From Raja brachyura (taxonomy: Eukaryota), in contig OY740814.1 in assembly GCA_963514005.1 (NCBI GenBank), positions 12,400,001 through 12,464,000 on the forward strand: a stretch of 64,000 nucleotides of DNA, given 5' to 3'. Numbering within the stretch: position 1 is the stretch's first letter; every line of letters starts with the position of its first letter. Below, one piece after another: positions 1-14,119 of the stretch. The position numbers and the translations under genes are program-made. The notes beneath the pieces are model-generated. The model was not told where the DNA came from. It worked only from the letters and a program-made list of their open reading frames with translations, and did not search any database.

Positions 1-525
1 TGGCTTTTTGAAAACAAAACCTCCTTTTTTTTAAACCTTTGGTTTGAATATGTGACTGGAAAGATCATTTTGGAAGAAGCATAGCAGTTGCATGTACATG
101 TAATTTGCAACTTTTCCTTGAACAGATACAGCATGTTTGATATTCCATATAAAAGGCCTTCTCGTTTGGCTGTTATTACTACATACATAGAACACTGTTT
201 CGCCATTTTCCTAATAATTCATAGCACAGAGGGAAGCAATTCAACCCACTGTTGGTAGTAAATCCTTAATTGGATGTATTGAGTGCAGTCTTTCTCCATG
301 GAATTTGTTCACATTTATAAATTCAAATTCCCTTTTAGATAAAACAAAAAGTATAAAGTTTGGTAGTCTATAGTGGTTAAAGATTCCATTTACTAATAGT
401 TGTTTGTGTGGGAAGAAAAACTCTTTCGATATGCCCGATAGTCTACTGACGACAGTGCTGACATAACTGATTTACCAAGCAATTAAAACCAATTCAATCT
501 CATTCATAATTTCATAATCCTGACA

Positions 526-1550
526 GACAGGAAGCAGCATGTGAGGCTGGGAAAGCACATCTTGGGCCCGCAGACCCTCTGCTTAGGAGCACCGCAAGGC
601 TGCATACTTACTCCTTTACTCTCTCTACACCAACGACTGCACCTCCACAGACTCCTCTGTCAAGCTTCTCAAGTTTGCAGATGACACAACCCTGATTGGA
701 CTGATCCAGGATGGGGAGGAATCTGCCTACAGACAGGAAGTGACACAGCTGGTGTCCTAGTGCCTTTGTAACACCTGGGGCTCAATGCTCCGAAGACAGT
801 AGAATTGATAGTAGAATTTAGGAGAGCTCCCCCTCCCATCCCCCCCCCCCCCCCAACTCACCATCAACAACACCACAATCACATCTGCGGAGTCTTTTAA
901 GTTCCTTGGAACCATCATCTCCAAGGACCTGAAGTGGGGTGCCATCATAGACTCCACAGTCATAAAGGCCCAACAGAGGATGTACTCCCTGCGGCAGCTG
1001 AGGAAACACAATCTACCGCAGGCAGTGATGGTCCAATTCTATACTGCGATCGTAGAGTCTGTCCTCACCTTCTCCATCATGATCTGGTTTGGCTCGGAGA
1101 CCAAGCACTCACCCGGAGGCTGCAGCGAATGGTCCGATCAGCTGAGAAGGTTGTTGGCTACAACCTTCCATCCATTGATGAAGTGTGCACTGCTTGAGCC
1201 AGGAAGTGAGCAGGTAAGATCGTCTCTGACCCCTCTTACCCTGGCCACAAACCAGCACTTCCCTCTGGAAGGCAACTCCGGATTGTCAAAACCGCCACAG
1301 CCAGATATAAAAACAGCTTTTTTTCCACGAATGGTAGCTCTACTCAATAACCAAAAGTCTGTACCCTCATTTTGCCCTGGTATTTTATTTCATTCACATG
1401 TTTAAACTGTAATGTGTTTTTATTAATGTTTAATGTTTTATGTGTCATTCTTAATAGTTACTATATGTTGTGTTGTCACTTGCGAGCGGAGCACCAAGGC
1501 AAATTCCTTGTATGTGTAAATACTTGGCCAATAAACGTATTAATTAATTC
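526..1550 (+). mobile_element. Rex1/Babar LINE, 5'-truncated 3' portion, frameshifted
   Basis: RT motif KFADDTT, LRQLRK…FYTAIVESVLTFSI, 3' UTR ending caaattccttgtatgtg…aataaac. Confidence 0.85.
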
Positions 1551-1889
1551 ATTTATTTTAACATTTTATTGGAAGTCATCCTTTTAAACTTTCATCTCAA
1601 TTGAGTGAACACATCTTGAATTAATAACAATTATATGAAATATGTGCAGGAAATTATATGAGAGCCTTTTTGTCTACAGCTTGGTTAATGTTCCACTGAC
1701 AGTCCTGAAGTGGAATTCAAATTTTTCCTGATCTTATTGACTTTGGTACAATATTCCTTAAAATTCACTGTATGGATACTTAGAACAACACTGTTGTTTT
1801 CATTGCTTCAGGCAATTTGCAAATCTGTAATCCATATCTTCCTTCTGACATGCTAATGTGAATGTATGTATGTTGTAAAATAGAGAACA

Positions 1890-2195
1890 GTTTACCGATA
1901 CCGCATGGAAACAGGCCCTTTGGCCCACCAAGCAAGTCTACACCACCCAGTGTTTACACTTGTTCTGTTATCCCACTTTCTCATCCACTCCCCACACACT
2001 AGGGGCAATTTATAGCGACCAATTGCCCTACAAACCCGCATATCTTTGGGATGTGGAAGGAACCGGAGCACCCAGAGGAAACGTGGTCACAGGGAGAACA
2101 CGTGCAAATTGAAAACGTGGACAGGGAGAACACATACAGGATTGAACCCAGGTCTCGGGCACTGTGATGCAGCAGCTCTACCAGCTGTGCCACCA
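1890..2195 (-). mobile_element. tRNA-derived V-SINE (HE1-like)
   Basis: Reverse complement of ggtggcacagc head, ctccggttcc central domain and CR1-like gggcctgtttcc tail. Confidence 0.8.
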
Positions 2196-5096
2196 CTAAT
2201 CTTGGCTGGTTGCTGGGGATAAAGCAAAACATAGGTGACATCAAAGAATTTGCTCCCAATTTACTTTCATAAGGCAGTAACATGCAATTTTATAAATACC
2301 TTGAACAGATTTAAATTGGCAGCTGCAGGGTATCATTTTGTTATTAATGGCATGAGCTAATAGAAAGCTTAACGTTTTCCAAACTTCAATGTTAAGTATT
2401 GGGATATATTTTTAAACCTTTAAGTGCATAAAGCTTAAAGCTTTTTATTGCATGATAAGTGGTATGACTTTGTATATGGGTGTTTCTGTAAATTAGGGTA
2501 CCAACCTGTGACATGGCCAATTTTGAAAGCAATTAAATTATAATGAAATACCACAACATTAAAAATGGGCCTACCAATGATCATTTTGAGCTAATTAGTG
2601 ATCAAAATCGATCAAAATTTGACCAACATTTATAACTTTCAAAATTTGAAAAAAAAGAGAAAACATTGATTTATAAATTTATTATTTAAAAAAACCCCAC
2701 ATAAATGAGAAAAATATATAGAAATCTTTCATTGTTTTCAATGTTAATTTACTAGAATTTTGCCCGGAACCAAAACCATCTGTGTGGACAGGAACATACT
2801 TTCAACGATACATGCCGTTATCTGGAACACGATTACTTTCGATTCCCTTCATTATAGTGCACACACTTTACAACACCATAGCAACAAGCACTGAAAATTT
2901 AACAGAATTTAAACATTTCTATAGTAAACTAGAAGCAACATTTACAGGAAAAGAATGATAAAGTGCAAAAAGGTTTTTACTAACCAATGATTCCAAGCAA
3001 AAAAAGATGAACACAACGTTCTTCAGAGCTCAGAGTGACCACTTGGATACTGTCTCTTATACTGATTTCTAAGCTCCTTTGCAAAATGTCGGCACGTAAC
3101 CCACCACGAGGCCCGTAGTTCAGGTCAGGGTCATTACAAACGCGTTGTTTGAATTTCTTTTTTAATCGCAACGAGTGCAAAAAAATCTTTGTATCATCAA
3201 CGAGGTCAGAAAATGGGAGGGACAACAGAATTAGACCGATAAAATAGGTGAGCAAACTAGATTTTTATTTCATGATTTTTACAATTCATTAAGTATTTCA
3301 ATGGAAAGCTTAAACACAGAATATAACCAATTAAAAAGAAACATTAAATATAAAAAACAGTTACACTGCCTTTAAATCACACTTTTCACTCATGACCAAA
3401 TGGGCACTGCTACTTGCGTTTTGCTGCAAAATCTCTAGGCATCAGAAAACCATCCAATCAGGTGATGAATAATAAAAATCATAAACATAATCAGAATTTG
3501 GCTTGTATAGAGCTATTTAATTGCAAAATGAATGTGATTTTTTTTGGGGTATAAATTAGCCTAAGGATTTGATGAAATCCTGCTTGAAAAATGTCTCAAA
3601 ATAAGGCAAAAAAACACAGGGATTATCTGCTATTTTTCTTTGTAGAAACAGATTTATTTATTTTTGCTTCATCTCATTATTTTGGCTATACATCATTATC
3701 TATACTACTTAAAATACAGGATATGAAACAATGGGATTATTACATTAAAAAAACAGGAAAATATCCTGGAAGTTTGGAGACCTTCATTTTCGCTACTGAG
3801 TGCTGTATTTACGGAAACACCCATATAATGAAAACTCAATAGATAGGCTTACTTGCATTTCTCCTGTTTTAGAAGTGGCATTGATTGTAACCTTCCTATA
3901 TGGTTTACATTTTTAATAGATAAGGACATTGAAATAAAAATAATCATAACATATTTTATCAAACCAAAGGTATTTGGACCAGAACAATAAAAAAAAAGAA
4001 TTGCGAATGGAATACATTAAATTTAAAACAAAGCAATTGATTGTCTTAAAGCTTCAAGTTCAGAATTGGTAATGGTAATTGCTGGACTGTAGTTTTAGTT
4101 TGTGATTGGCCTAGATTAATTGTTTACCAGCAAGAAAGATTGTGCTGAAAGCTCCGCTTTTATTTTAAGCTGACTTTGTGTGTGCAGCTGTTTGTGAACA
4201 GGGTCCTTGCCTTCTAGATAAGAGGCAGCTTGGAAAGATGGGTCACATGGTTTCCAGAACAAAAACATCCTGCTCTTGCAGTATCATCGATTATTAATTC
4301 AAAGATTTCTTTACTAAAATTTAAATTATTCAAATGTACAAACTAAACGGTTTTAACCAGGATTATTTTAGCTTCATTTTCCACAAATTTAAGAATTGGC
4401 TCGTGTTGACAGAATCCGTATTTTAAAACAAAGTCCCAGAATTATTGACCACTAATGACATCTTTAGCAAATGATCAAACAAAATAATTCTCGCATTACC
4501 CTGTATTAGGCGGAATGATTGCTGTATTGAAATCTGTTGACCACAATTTAAATTGCAATCTTAGAAATACAAAGTACCGCATAGACTGATCCTTGCAACC
4601 CACCTGATGCATGCCAACCGTGATGCCTATCTACACTAATCCATATGCCCCCATATCGCCCTCTTCCTTTCCTGTCCAAGTATCTACGCATATGCCTTTT
4701 AAATGTTGCAGTAGTATCTGCCTCCACTACCTTCCCTTTGCAACTTCTTATGTAAAACACTCTTCCAATGTCTTTTACATTTCTTTCCTCTCACCTTCTA
4801 GCTTGAGATACACCAACCCAGGGAAAAATACTTATCTATGCCTCTCGTATATCTAGCCTATCCAATCTCTCCTTATAACTACAGTCTTTCATTCAAGGGA
4901 ATGTTTTTGACGATCTCTATTACTGATATTGTCTTCCTGTAGCGTGACAACCAGAACTGTACACAATGCCCTTGAGTGTGGGACAACCAATGTTTATACA
5001 GCTGCAACATGACATATCAAGTCTAATATTCAATGCCCAATTGATTTTTTAATTAACTTGAATATATCTTTGTTTTGCAGTTACCTGGGCTTGAAG

Positions 5097-5156
5097 ATGT
5101 CAGAGAATTCCAGCGATAGCGATTCCTCTTGTGGTTGGACCATAATTAACCATGAA
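5097..5156 (+). CDS. CCPG1: CCPG1 coding exon 1 (exon starts 5081; MSENSSDSDSSCGWTIINHE, contains LIR WTII)
   Basis: Acceptor ttttgcag ends 5080, ATG at 5097, donor gtaaac at 5157. Translation nearly identical to the human CCPG1 N-terminus MSENSSDSDSSCGWTVISHE. Confidence 0.96.
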
Positions 5157-8100
5157 GTAAACTATTTTTCTCCAGTTTTATCTCTTTAACTGTATAAATT
5201 ATACTTAAGTGTGTGTCAATTCGTACGTTTAAAGAACTGAACATTTTTTTAAATAAAAGGAAGAAAACTATTAAAATTTTATTGCACAAAAAGGAATTTC
5301 CTTTGTGTACCAATAATGGTCTCATCATCTTGGTCTTTACTAAATAGATGTGCTATTTTAGTGTATGCAAGTCGAAATGGAAAATATTTTCACACGCCTT
5401 TCCAAGATGGCCATTTATTTCTTCATAGAGTTGGTGTTGATATTGAAGTCAGGCCAACATTTAACTGACTAAAGTTAATTACTGTTGAGACCGATAATGG
5501 GTCACTTTCTTGAACCTCTGCAATCAATGTAAATAAGGTACCCCGTTGTGCTGTTAGGTTGTGTCTTCAAAGATTCTGATGGGTAATAATGAGGAATTGA
5601 CAGTATATGATACTGATACAGGGTAGGGTTAGGATGAGGAAGGATAAGACAGGTGCTTTGAACCATGTACTTGTTATTCTTGTCTGGATAATGGATGACA
5701 TCTTATATTTTATACATCTTGCTGTCATGATAGGCAGAGGCTGGGGGTTGTAAACATTACACATGTTGCATGAGGTACCACTGAAGCGATTAGGAAACTA
5801 TTGAACCTCTTAAGTGTGGTTAGATTTGCAATTATAGGTTAGTCAAGAATATTTTGCACTTCTGACTTGTATCTGGTGAATGATTGAAATATGAAGGAAT
5901 ACGATGCACTGCAGGACATCCGGTCATGGTTATGTTTTTTTTTTACCAACTCTCTGTAATCTCAGTCTCACTTACATCACCTTTGGAATTCAGATATTTT
6001 CTACGTTATGGCAAAATGCTTCCTCTGCCCTAATATCTGAAACTGGGATGCATTCTTGTATCAGTTGGACTGATGAAACCCTTACCCAGTGTCAGTACTT
6101 CATCACAATACCTCCAATAATTATAATGTGAAAAATACTATTGCACCTCTCCTGGTTACTTATTTATATGTTGATCTATTTGCTTCAGTTTAGTTTAACT
6201 ACTGGTATTGAAACCAACATTGGAAATGGCACTAAATTACCAACTAAAATGAGTAATTTCTTGGAAATATTCTGGATTTGTATTAAGGAATCTTGACTAG
6301 TATTGTATGGCCAATTCTGAACTGAGGAGACAAATATGTAAATTGGGAAGTTAGTGTTGTTGCCAATGTCTGATTGAAAATGAATACATAATTAAACTAA
6401 ATGGAAGTAAAGAGATCAACAGAAATAGATAATCATAGATTGAGATTTACAGGTTATCTATGTTCACTAGGATATCTATTGTTTTGTGTCCCACACCCCC
6501 AGTTTATCTAGATCCCATTGGAATCTGAGATAGCAGCCACCTTCACTGTCCACAGCACCCCTAATTTTCACAAACTTGACATCCATCTGCCTACAATGTT
6601 GTCATCCAAATCATTAATATGGATGAAAACAACTATGGACCCAGTACTGATCCCTGAGGCACATCATTGGTCACTGATCATTAATCTGAATAGCAACACA
6701 CTGTTTCTCTTCCCCCCCCCCCCCCCTCTGCTAGACAGGCAGAGACACGAACAGACACTCAACCCCTCGATTCCTTCCACTAAGCCAAGTTTGTTAATGT
6801 CAACCATAAACATGGTTGGTGACCTCTATTTGTGATTTAGCAGACAGGCAATTCTCTGAAAATTAAATAATTGCAAATGCTGAAAAGCCTATTATCTTTT
6901 TGCATCCAGCATCTGTATTTCTCTGGGTTTTTTTCTTTCCCTATAACCTTGAAAATGGCTGCTGTGGATGTGGCTTCATTCCAACAGGACTCTGTGCTGT
7001 TCACAATCAATACTTGTAAACATTCCTTTGTAGAATTGTGAAGTGTCTGAAACATTTCTAACTTTTTGGGCAAGTATTTCTAGCATTATTTCAACTGGGA
7101 ATATAGGATGAGGCATTTTTAAAGCAGTTGGGCAGAAGTTTTATCAGTTCAGCATATCAAGACTTCTGATGAAGGGTCGCTGCTGCCTGACCCTTTTTTT
7201 TTTTCTCTCACTATTTTAGTGTTTTTGTTTCAGATTTTCAAATTTTTTGATTTTTTTCATATCAAAATGTGCGCCAGTTTATCTTATAATGCAGAAGATC
7301 TATTGGCTCATCGAATTCATGGAAGCTCTCAGCAGACCAACCCTGTCAATCTCATTTCCCCCTCCTTTTTTTTCGGTACCCCTTCGACTTTTTTTGTATG
7401 CCCAATGACTCTTCTTTAAATCTATTAGCACTTGCCTACAATAACGGGAAACTTACTGTAGCTAATCAACCTGCGGGTGCATTTTTAGGCTAACCCCATG
7501 GCCACAAACTCCACACAGATAGCATCCAAGGTCAGGATAGCATCCAAGCCCCTGGAGTTGAGATAGCAAGTATTAACCACTGCACTACTCTGCCATCTGT
7601 TTCAAACCAATCTCTCCAGCTACTGATTACACAAAATGTTGGCAAGAATCTTATGTGTATGCACTGCGATATTAAAAAAGAGCTTAAACCATAAAAGATA
7701 GACTCACAGCTGAGGATGAGATGTATTGATTACAATATGCAGAATACAACAGATTATGGTGTCCTAAAAAGCTTTACAAATATAGAAAAATACAATTAAT
7801 TTAGAGGAAATGAGTCATTCTCGTAAAATCAAACTTAGCAACCTAGGGTCCTGGTAGATTTTCAATTCTGGAGCTAAATGTCCAGTTCAGGCCAGTCTGC
7901 CGTGCCCAACATTTACATTCTCTGTTCTTTTGTAAGCAGTTAAGCTGTGTTAATGAGGTAATGGGATATTACCAGATGTGATGCAACACAAAACAGTACA
8001 ACACAGGATCAGGCCTTTCGGCCCATGATATCTATGCCGACCATGATGTCAAATTAAACTAATCCCTTCTGCCTGCACATGATGAATTTCTCTCCAATAA

Positions 8101-9914
8101 TTTCTATCAATAATTTGATAGTCTTGCCCCAATCAATTATTCCGGGCACTCAGTTTATTCAATGGGTTCTGTAAAATGTTAAAGTTCTGTGATGTCTTCC
8201 AGTGAATGGAAACTAAGTTTCTTTATGTAGACTGAAACATTGATGAGGCATAAGTACATTTTTGACCAATTAGTGCTTTAAACCAGCTCTTCTTAAATTG
8301 GTGAATAGTTCATCCCAGGGTGAATGAAATTATTTTGGGTTGAATGAAACTAGAGGGGTGAATGACTTAATTTATTCAGATATTTATGTTTTTTTCTATA
8401 CTTAAAAAAGGCATTGCCATTAAAGTGGTTAGTAAGCTCTTATAGGGTTTTAATGGCAGTGAAGCTAGAAATTTGATGTTTTTTTCTCTCCACCTATGGG
8501 TTTCTACTTTCAAAGTAGCATGTATTTCCTAAATTTACTGTAATATAACCTTTTAGGGAAAACCAAATTAAATTTTTTTTTAAAAATCTCGTTTCCCAAA
8601 AAAACCCTGTCCGAAATGGTATGATGGGGCTGAAGCCCAGTGTTTAGAAAGGTTTTTTTTCATTCTAATCTAATGATTTTCCAACTCCAATGGTAATTAA
8701 ACTTTTTTTTTCACTCCCAGTTTTCTTTACATTTTTCCTCCCATTTTTAGGATTTTCGAAAAGTTGAATAGAATATACTCACGAAATTAGTTAATTTATG
8801 TTTTTGCTCATGTGACAAAATAAATTATATATAAATTATACACAAGGGAGAATAAGACGAAAATTACCAAAAAACATAAGAAAAATTAGTCGAGGGTGAA
8901 TGAAATTTTGTGATAAAGATAAAGAAAGTTTAAGAAGCACTGCTATAAACCATCCAATATACTTTGTAGATGCTGTAATGTTCACAGCAATTAGATTGTT
9001 CATGCTGTGTATATGCTATGGTTAAATATGATAATGGTCAATGCTTTCAATATTGTGTGTAAATCACAAATCCTCTTCATTTCACATGACACCCAGTTAT
9101 TTGTAGGAAGTTGAATACTTTGTTATGAATTCAAGTATATTGAGTCAAACAGTATTGATGGTGGGAAATGTGTATCATTTATTATGTTGATATGCAGAAG
9201 AAATACAGGAGAAATAGGAACCACTTGGCTCTTTCACATGGTCTTTGGCCCTCCAATTACCATGTTTTAGTTTGACTCTAGTATTTCAATCATTTGGAAA
9301 ATTATGGGAAATACTGTTTATCAATTTATTTTTATTCTGATGTATCTTTACAAATATGTTAGTAAGGAGTTTTCTTAAAGCACCTATCACACAGAATGGG
9401 GGAGAGAGATCACTCATCCAGCAGAAGGTTTGGACCGACTGAACCTCATGTTTGTACAATTCAAATCAGAACTAAGATGATGTTTTAAATTATCTAATTA
9501 TGATGAGAGAATGTTAAGAAGACTGCTGTTACTGTTTTAATGTGTTACTTAGAAGACTAAATGCACTAAATTATTTTGTGCTGTTCATGTACTCTATTAA
9601 AATAGTCTGAAACTTTACTGCTGTTTCTTAACGTATGTTCACCTTGTCGCTTAAGGAGTACAAAGTCAGATAATTGTGTGTGACGCAACTGATTCTGTTT
9701 TTGGCGAGTTCTTTGATAATTTGGGTATTCCCGTAATTATTGTGTAGTTAAAGATGCTCTCTTGGTAGCAGAAAATCTGAAAGCTGTGTAGGTAGAGATT
9801 ATTACGAGCATTACATTCAAGCATAGAATATGCATACCATCAAGTTAAGAGTAAACATAACTTTTGAACTTGCTTGAAGTGATACTTGATAACTGATGAT
9901 CTCTCTTTGGATAG

Positions 9915-10014
9915 GGTTCTGATGTGGAGGTACTCAATTCAGACAAGGGAGAGGCGGAATGCACTTTGCAGCCTTTAACAAATCAACAAGTTGACCAATC
10001 ATGTGAAATACAAG
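9915..10014 (+). CDS. CCPG1: CCPG1 coding exon 2 (GSDVEVLNSDKGEAEC...EIQ; FIR1-like motif)
   Basis: AG at 9913-9914, donor gtaagc at 10015, 100 nt, phase 0 to 1. GSDVEVLNS matches human GSDIEMLNS. Confidence 0.93.
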
Positions 10015-11385
10015 GTAAGCAAAATAGGCAATGGAGATTATTTTCATTTCCTGCTAAAAATGTATATATGCAGGTATGTAAAGCTTTATGAATGCCTAAT
10101 TTATAACTCCCACCTCCTTTCTTGAAAGTGGTGCAGTGACTGGGGTTCAATCCCTACCTTGGGTGTTGTCTGAGTGGCGTTTGTGCTTCAATTTCCTCTC
10201 ATACCGCAGAAATGTGCAGCTTGATTGACTGCTGTAAATTGTACCCTAGTATAGGTGAATGATAGAATCTGAAGGGCAGTGAATGAGAAATGAAATGGAT
10301 TAAAATATGATTAGTGTAAAAATGGATGCCTGATGACTGGTGTGGACTCTGACTCAATGACTTCCTTGCCTTGACTTCTCCTGCATGGATACAGTTTGTG
10401 AACGTTGGACAGCCATTGTCATCCTGCCCGGGTGACAGATTACCAGTTTCACAGGCACCAGGCACTAGGTTGTTAGAATGTTGTTGTCTTGCTAACCAGG
10501 ATAAGTTAATGATCAGGAGATGGGTCCCCACCTAAGTTGTCCCTTTTGTTTTCCTCTGCAGCCACACCATCTTGACATCAGTTAAAGTTAAGACAGATTC
10601 TGAGTATTTGTTGGTTCAGTGGCTGAGATGTTCAGTTGATGAACATTTTATTCCACTGAGCCTTGTTGCATCAGTCTAAGTTAAATTTTAGAGGAAAAAA
10701 ATCATAACAAAAAGATCAATGATCTGAAGTTTCCACTCCAAATGCATGATTTTCCAGTGCAGATTTTTTTTTCTGCCATAATGGAATCGTTAACTTGCTT
10801 GCTTTCCTTATAGAATCTTTCCCAATTTATAAGTAAAGTCCTTTTAGTTCTATTAAATGGTTTATTTCTATGCTGCTTGGATTAACTGGTTTCCCTTTAA
10901 TCAGATAGAATGTGGAGTAATCGAAGCTCAATTATTTCCCTTTCCTGTTATTTGGCTGTATGAATGGACTGAGAATTGTTTGATTTATCAAGCACAACAT
11001 TTTCCATCTGTAGTCTGTGGAGGATCACTGACAGCAGCTTTGGAAATTTTGTACTAAACCTCAAGCTTGAAAATCTTTCAATTTTAAAGGGCAATGGTGA
11101 TGGTTTTGGTGTCATTGTGATATTGAAATTTGACCAGTAAATCTGCTGTGAGTCATTTATTATGGATTTTCTTTAAATGTGAAAGCTGGTTTGTATTTGT
11201 TGGCTCTTGCTATGTAGCTCTGTAATAGTGTTTTCCTGAAAACATGCCAGATTGCTGACTGGTATAGAGAAGAAATAAACATTGTAGGAATCGCAAAACT
11301 CCTGTTTCAATGACTTAATAACTTCTTGTTCTTCATAAATTTCTCAAACTTCACAACATTTTATTCTCCATAATTTACTTTGCAG

Positions 11386-11468
11386 AAAAAGGCAGCGAGC
11401 ACATAGAGCCCAAAGTGGAAAATCTCAGTGCTTCAATTGCATCTGAGGAAAAGGAATTGGTGTCTGAG
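11386..11468 (+). CDS. CCPG1: CCPG1 coding exon 3 (EKGSEHIEPKVENLSASIASEEKELVSE)
   Basis: Acceptor tttactttgcag, donor gtgagc, 83 nt, phase 1 to 0, open frame bridging exons 2 and 4. Sequence itself is poorly conserved. Confidence 0.85.
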
Positions 11469-13122
11469 GTGAGCTCCTAGTCAAATTGCATTTAATGAAC
11501 TTGCATTTGCAGTATTCAATTGGACGATTGGTTGGTAATAACTGGTTGCTCTTTAAATAATAAAGTTGGAATCATTAACATTTGTAAAGTGTCGCCAGAA
11601 ATTTGATTGGAAAATAAAGAAATAACTGTGGATTGGCTAATTAATTATGAATCCACTGCTTTTCCAATTTAGACAAACCTTAAAATGTTCCTTGTAATAT
11701 TTGATTTCATCAGAAGTTATTGTGTTTATAACCTTTTGTCGCAGCCTTTCTCTTTTGAAGCTATTTTCTTTGGAGTTGGCTTTTGGGGCATTTTCAGTGG
11801 ACTTGAAATTCTAATGGGTAACACGATGTTTTCCAATTATTTTTAAAAAATGGTGTCTAAACATGTGAATGCTTAGTATTCCGGATTTTCATTGAATATC
11901 CTTGGTGTACAATATTGTTTTGTGCAGATGAGACCCAATCAATATCATGGACCAACATGACAAATGATTAGTACAGGTGTCTGAGGTTATGGGGAGAAGG
12001 CAGGAGAATGGTGTTAGGAGGGAGAGATAGATCAGCCATGATTGAATGGCAGAGTAGACATGATGGGCCAAAGGGCCTAATTTTACTCCTGTTCCTTATG
12101 TACACAATAAAGCAAATTTGAGTTGAGATGAGGCCTGCTTTGACATAATTAAAAATGAGGCGACTTCACCTAGCTGTTTGTTGCCAGGGAAACATAATTA
12201 TTCATTTTATCCATTTGCTTCATGTTTATCAGTTGAACGGTGTGTTCTTGTCACCTGATAGGCAGAGAAAGCCAATTTTGCAGTATGGATCTGAAGGCTA
12301 ACGTATATTTAAAATTTCAGAGGCAAGAACATTTGTTTAATTAATGAATACAGGAGCTAGCTTGATGCTGCCAAGTAATCAGTGAAAATGTGAAAACCTC
12401 TTGTATTTCGTGCTTTTTTAAACTTTCTTATTCAAGAGTTAAAGATTTAATTGAGATAATCAATAGAGTTAGGTTTAGGTGCACATCTTCTAACTGGACT
12501 GAAAACTATTTTCATCTTAATGTGTGTTTTTTGAGCACCGGATACGATTGATAATCACTTAATATACATTAACTATACATACTCGCAGCCATCTATTTCC
12601 AATGCAGTTTTGGAATTCCACTCAACCTTGGGAATCACTGATCACTTCAGAAGTCAAAGCATTCTAAATGGGACTGGGTTTAAAATATTGCTGTTTTACT
12701 GAAAGGCAATAGAGTTAACTTCCGGAGGCTTCTCTGTTTATCAAAGCTTATCTGCGGCTCTTCCAGTTTCAGAGAACAAAGTGGTAAATTATATTTGTGT
12801 AGCTCTTCCGCATTCTTGCAGCTCCTCTGTAAAAACTTATGGCTGATAAGATGGAGAATTTCTGTGTAACCTTATAATTTCCATGGGGAAGAAACTAGCT
12901 GCTGCCTTCAGTAAAGAACAAGGGAAGAATGTAGCAGTATTTATGAAAGTTATCTGTACAGTAACAATCAAACGCATGGATAATATAAACTGCAATTCTT
13001 TTTATTGAGAAAAAAGTTATTTTTATTATTGGCCTCCTTATGTTCGCAGCAGTATCATGTTTTACACGGAGGTATGTGCTAACTCTGTTTGAAATTTGGT
13101 TTTAGCCCAGTTGTGATACTTC

Positions 13123-13304
13123 AATATAAAAGTATTCTTTTCTGTGCTATTTTAATTTAATTAAAGTTGTACTCTCTGTGTCTCAACTTCTCACTCGGAT
13201 TATTCAGTAAAATATAAAAGTATCCTTTTTCTTGCTATTTTAATTGAATTAAAGTTGTACTCTCTGTGTCTCAACTTCTCACTCTGATTGTTCAGTAAAA
13301 TATA
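13123..13304. repeat. Tandem duplication, 88-nt unit, about 2 copies
   Basis: aatataaaagtat…aaagttgtactctctgtgtctcaacttctcactc…ttcagtaa starts at 13123 and 13211. Confidence 0.9.
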
Positions 13305-13908
13305 TAATAGATTTAATATATTTGTGGAGGTAGAAAATGTGGTCCTAATATTCTGGGATATAGTTTGTTTTTGTGTGTTTGAGTATGTCCTGTGAGGCTA
13401 CTGCATGCATGGTTTTTCATCGTACCCCACAGTAAGCATACACTTAAACTTGAACTTGGCTGTCTCCTCTCTGTCTATGTGCAGGTCCTGACCTGACACA
13501 TTAATTGTCCATTTCCCTCCACAGATGCTGCTCAACCTGCTGAGTTCTCCAGCAGATTGCTTGTTGCTCCATATAAATATCTACCACGTTTTGAGCAATC
13601 TCACTTGTGGAGCAAAGTATTTAGTAGGGAGAGAAGGAGGTCAATAAATATGCCAACACTGCATGTAAAACTCTTGAAAATGTTGAGGATAGACAGTAAA
13701 ACCCTGTTGAATGCCAAAATCTTTATAATGTATTTCAAATGTACGTGACATAATTCATGAGAAACATTCCTAATTGTGAAATGTGCACTTTTGGTGTAGG
13801 TTGCATTTTATGGACTTGACTTGCAAAAATAAATTGCCATGAAAACTTAATTGTTCCTTTTTTTTAAACTAACAGGGCACTCTTGTTTCCATGTTGTTTT
13901 TAAACTAG

Positions 13909-14119
13909 GCACCAAAAGAAGAATTGGCTGATGACAGTACTTTTGTTGGTGCAACCAGTGATGATTCAGATATTGTTACCCTTGAGTCACCACCTGTGGA
14001 AGATCTTCAGACTATTCAAGAAGCAACTGAAGATACAGAAACAGAACACATAAATGACGATGAATTGAACCTTGGCTCGTCCTCCAGCAGCCAGTATACT
14101 TTTGCCCCTCCCGAAACTG
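13909..14119 (+). CDS. CCPG1: CCPG1 coding exon 4 (FIR2 SDDSDIVTLE; LGSSSSSQYTF)
   Basis: Acceptor ctag ends 13908, donor gtaaga at 14120, 211 nt, phase 0 to 1. Motifs match human SDDSDIVTLE and MGSSSSSQYTFCQPET. Confidence 0.95.
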
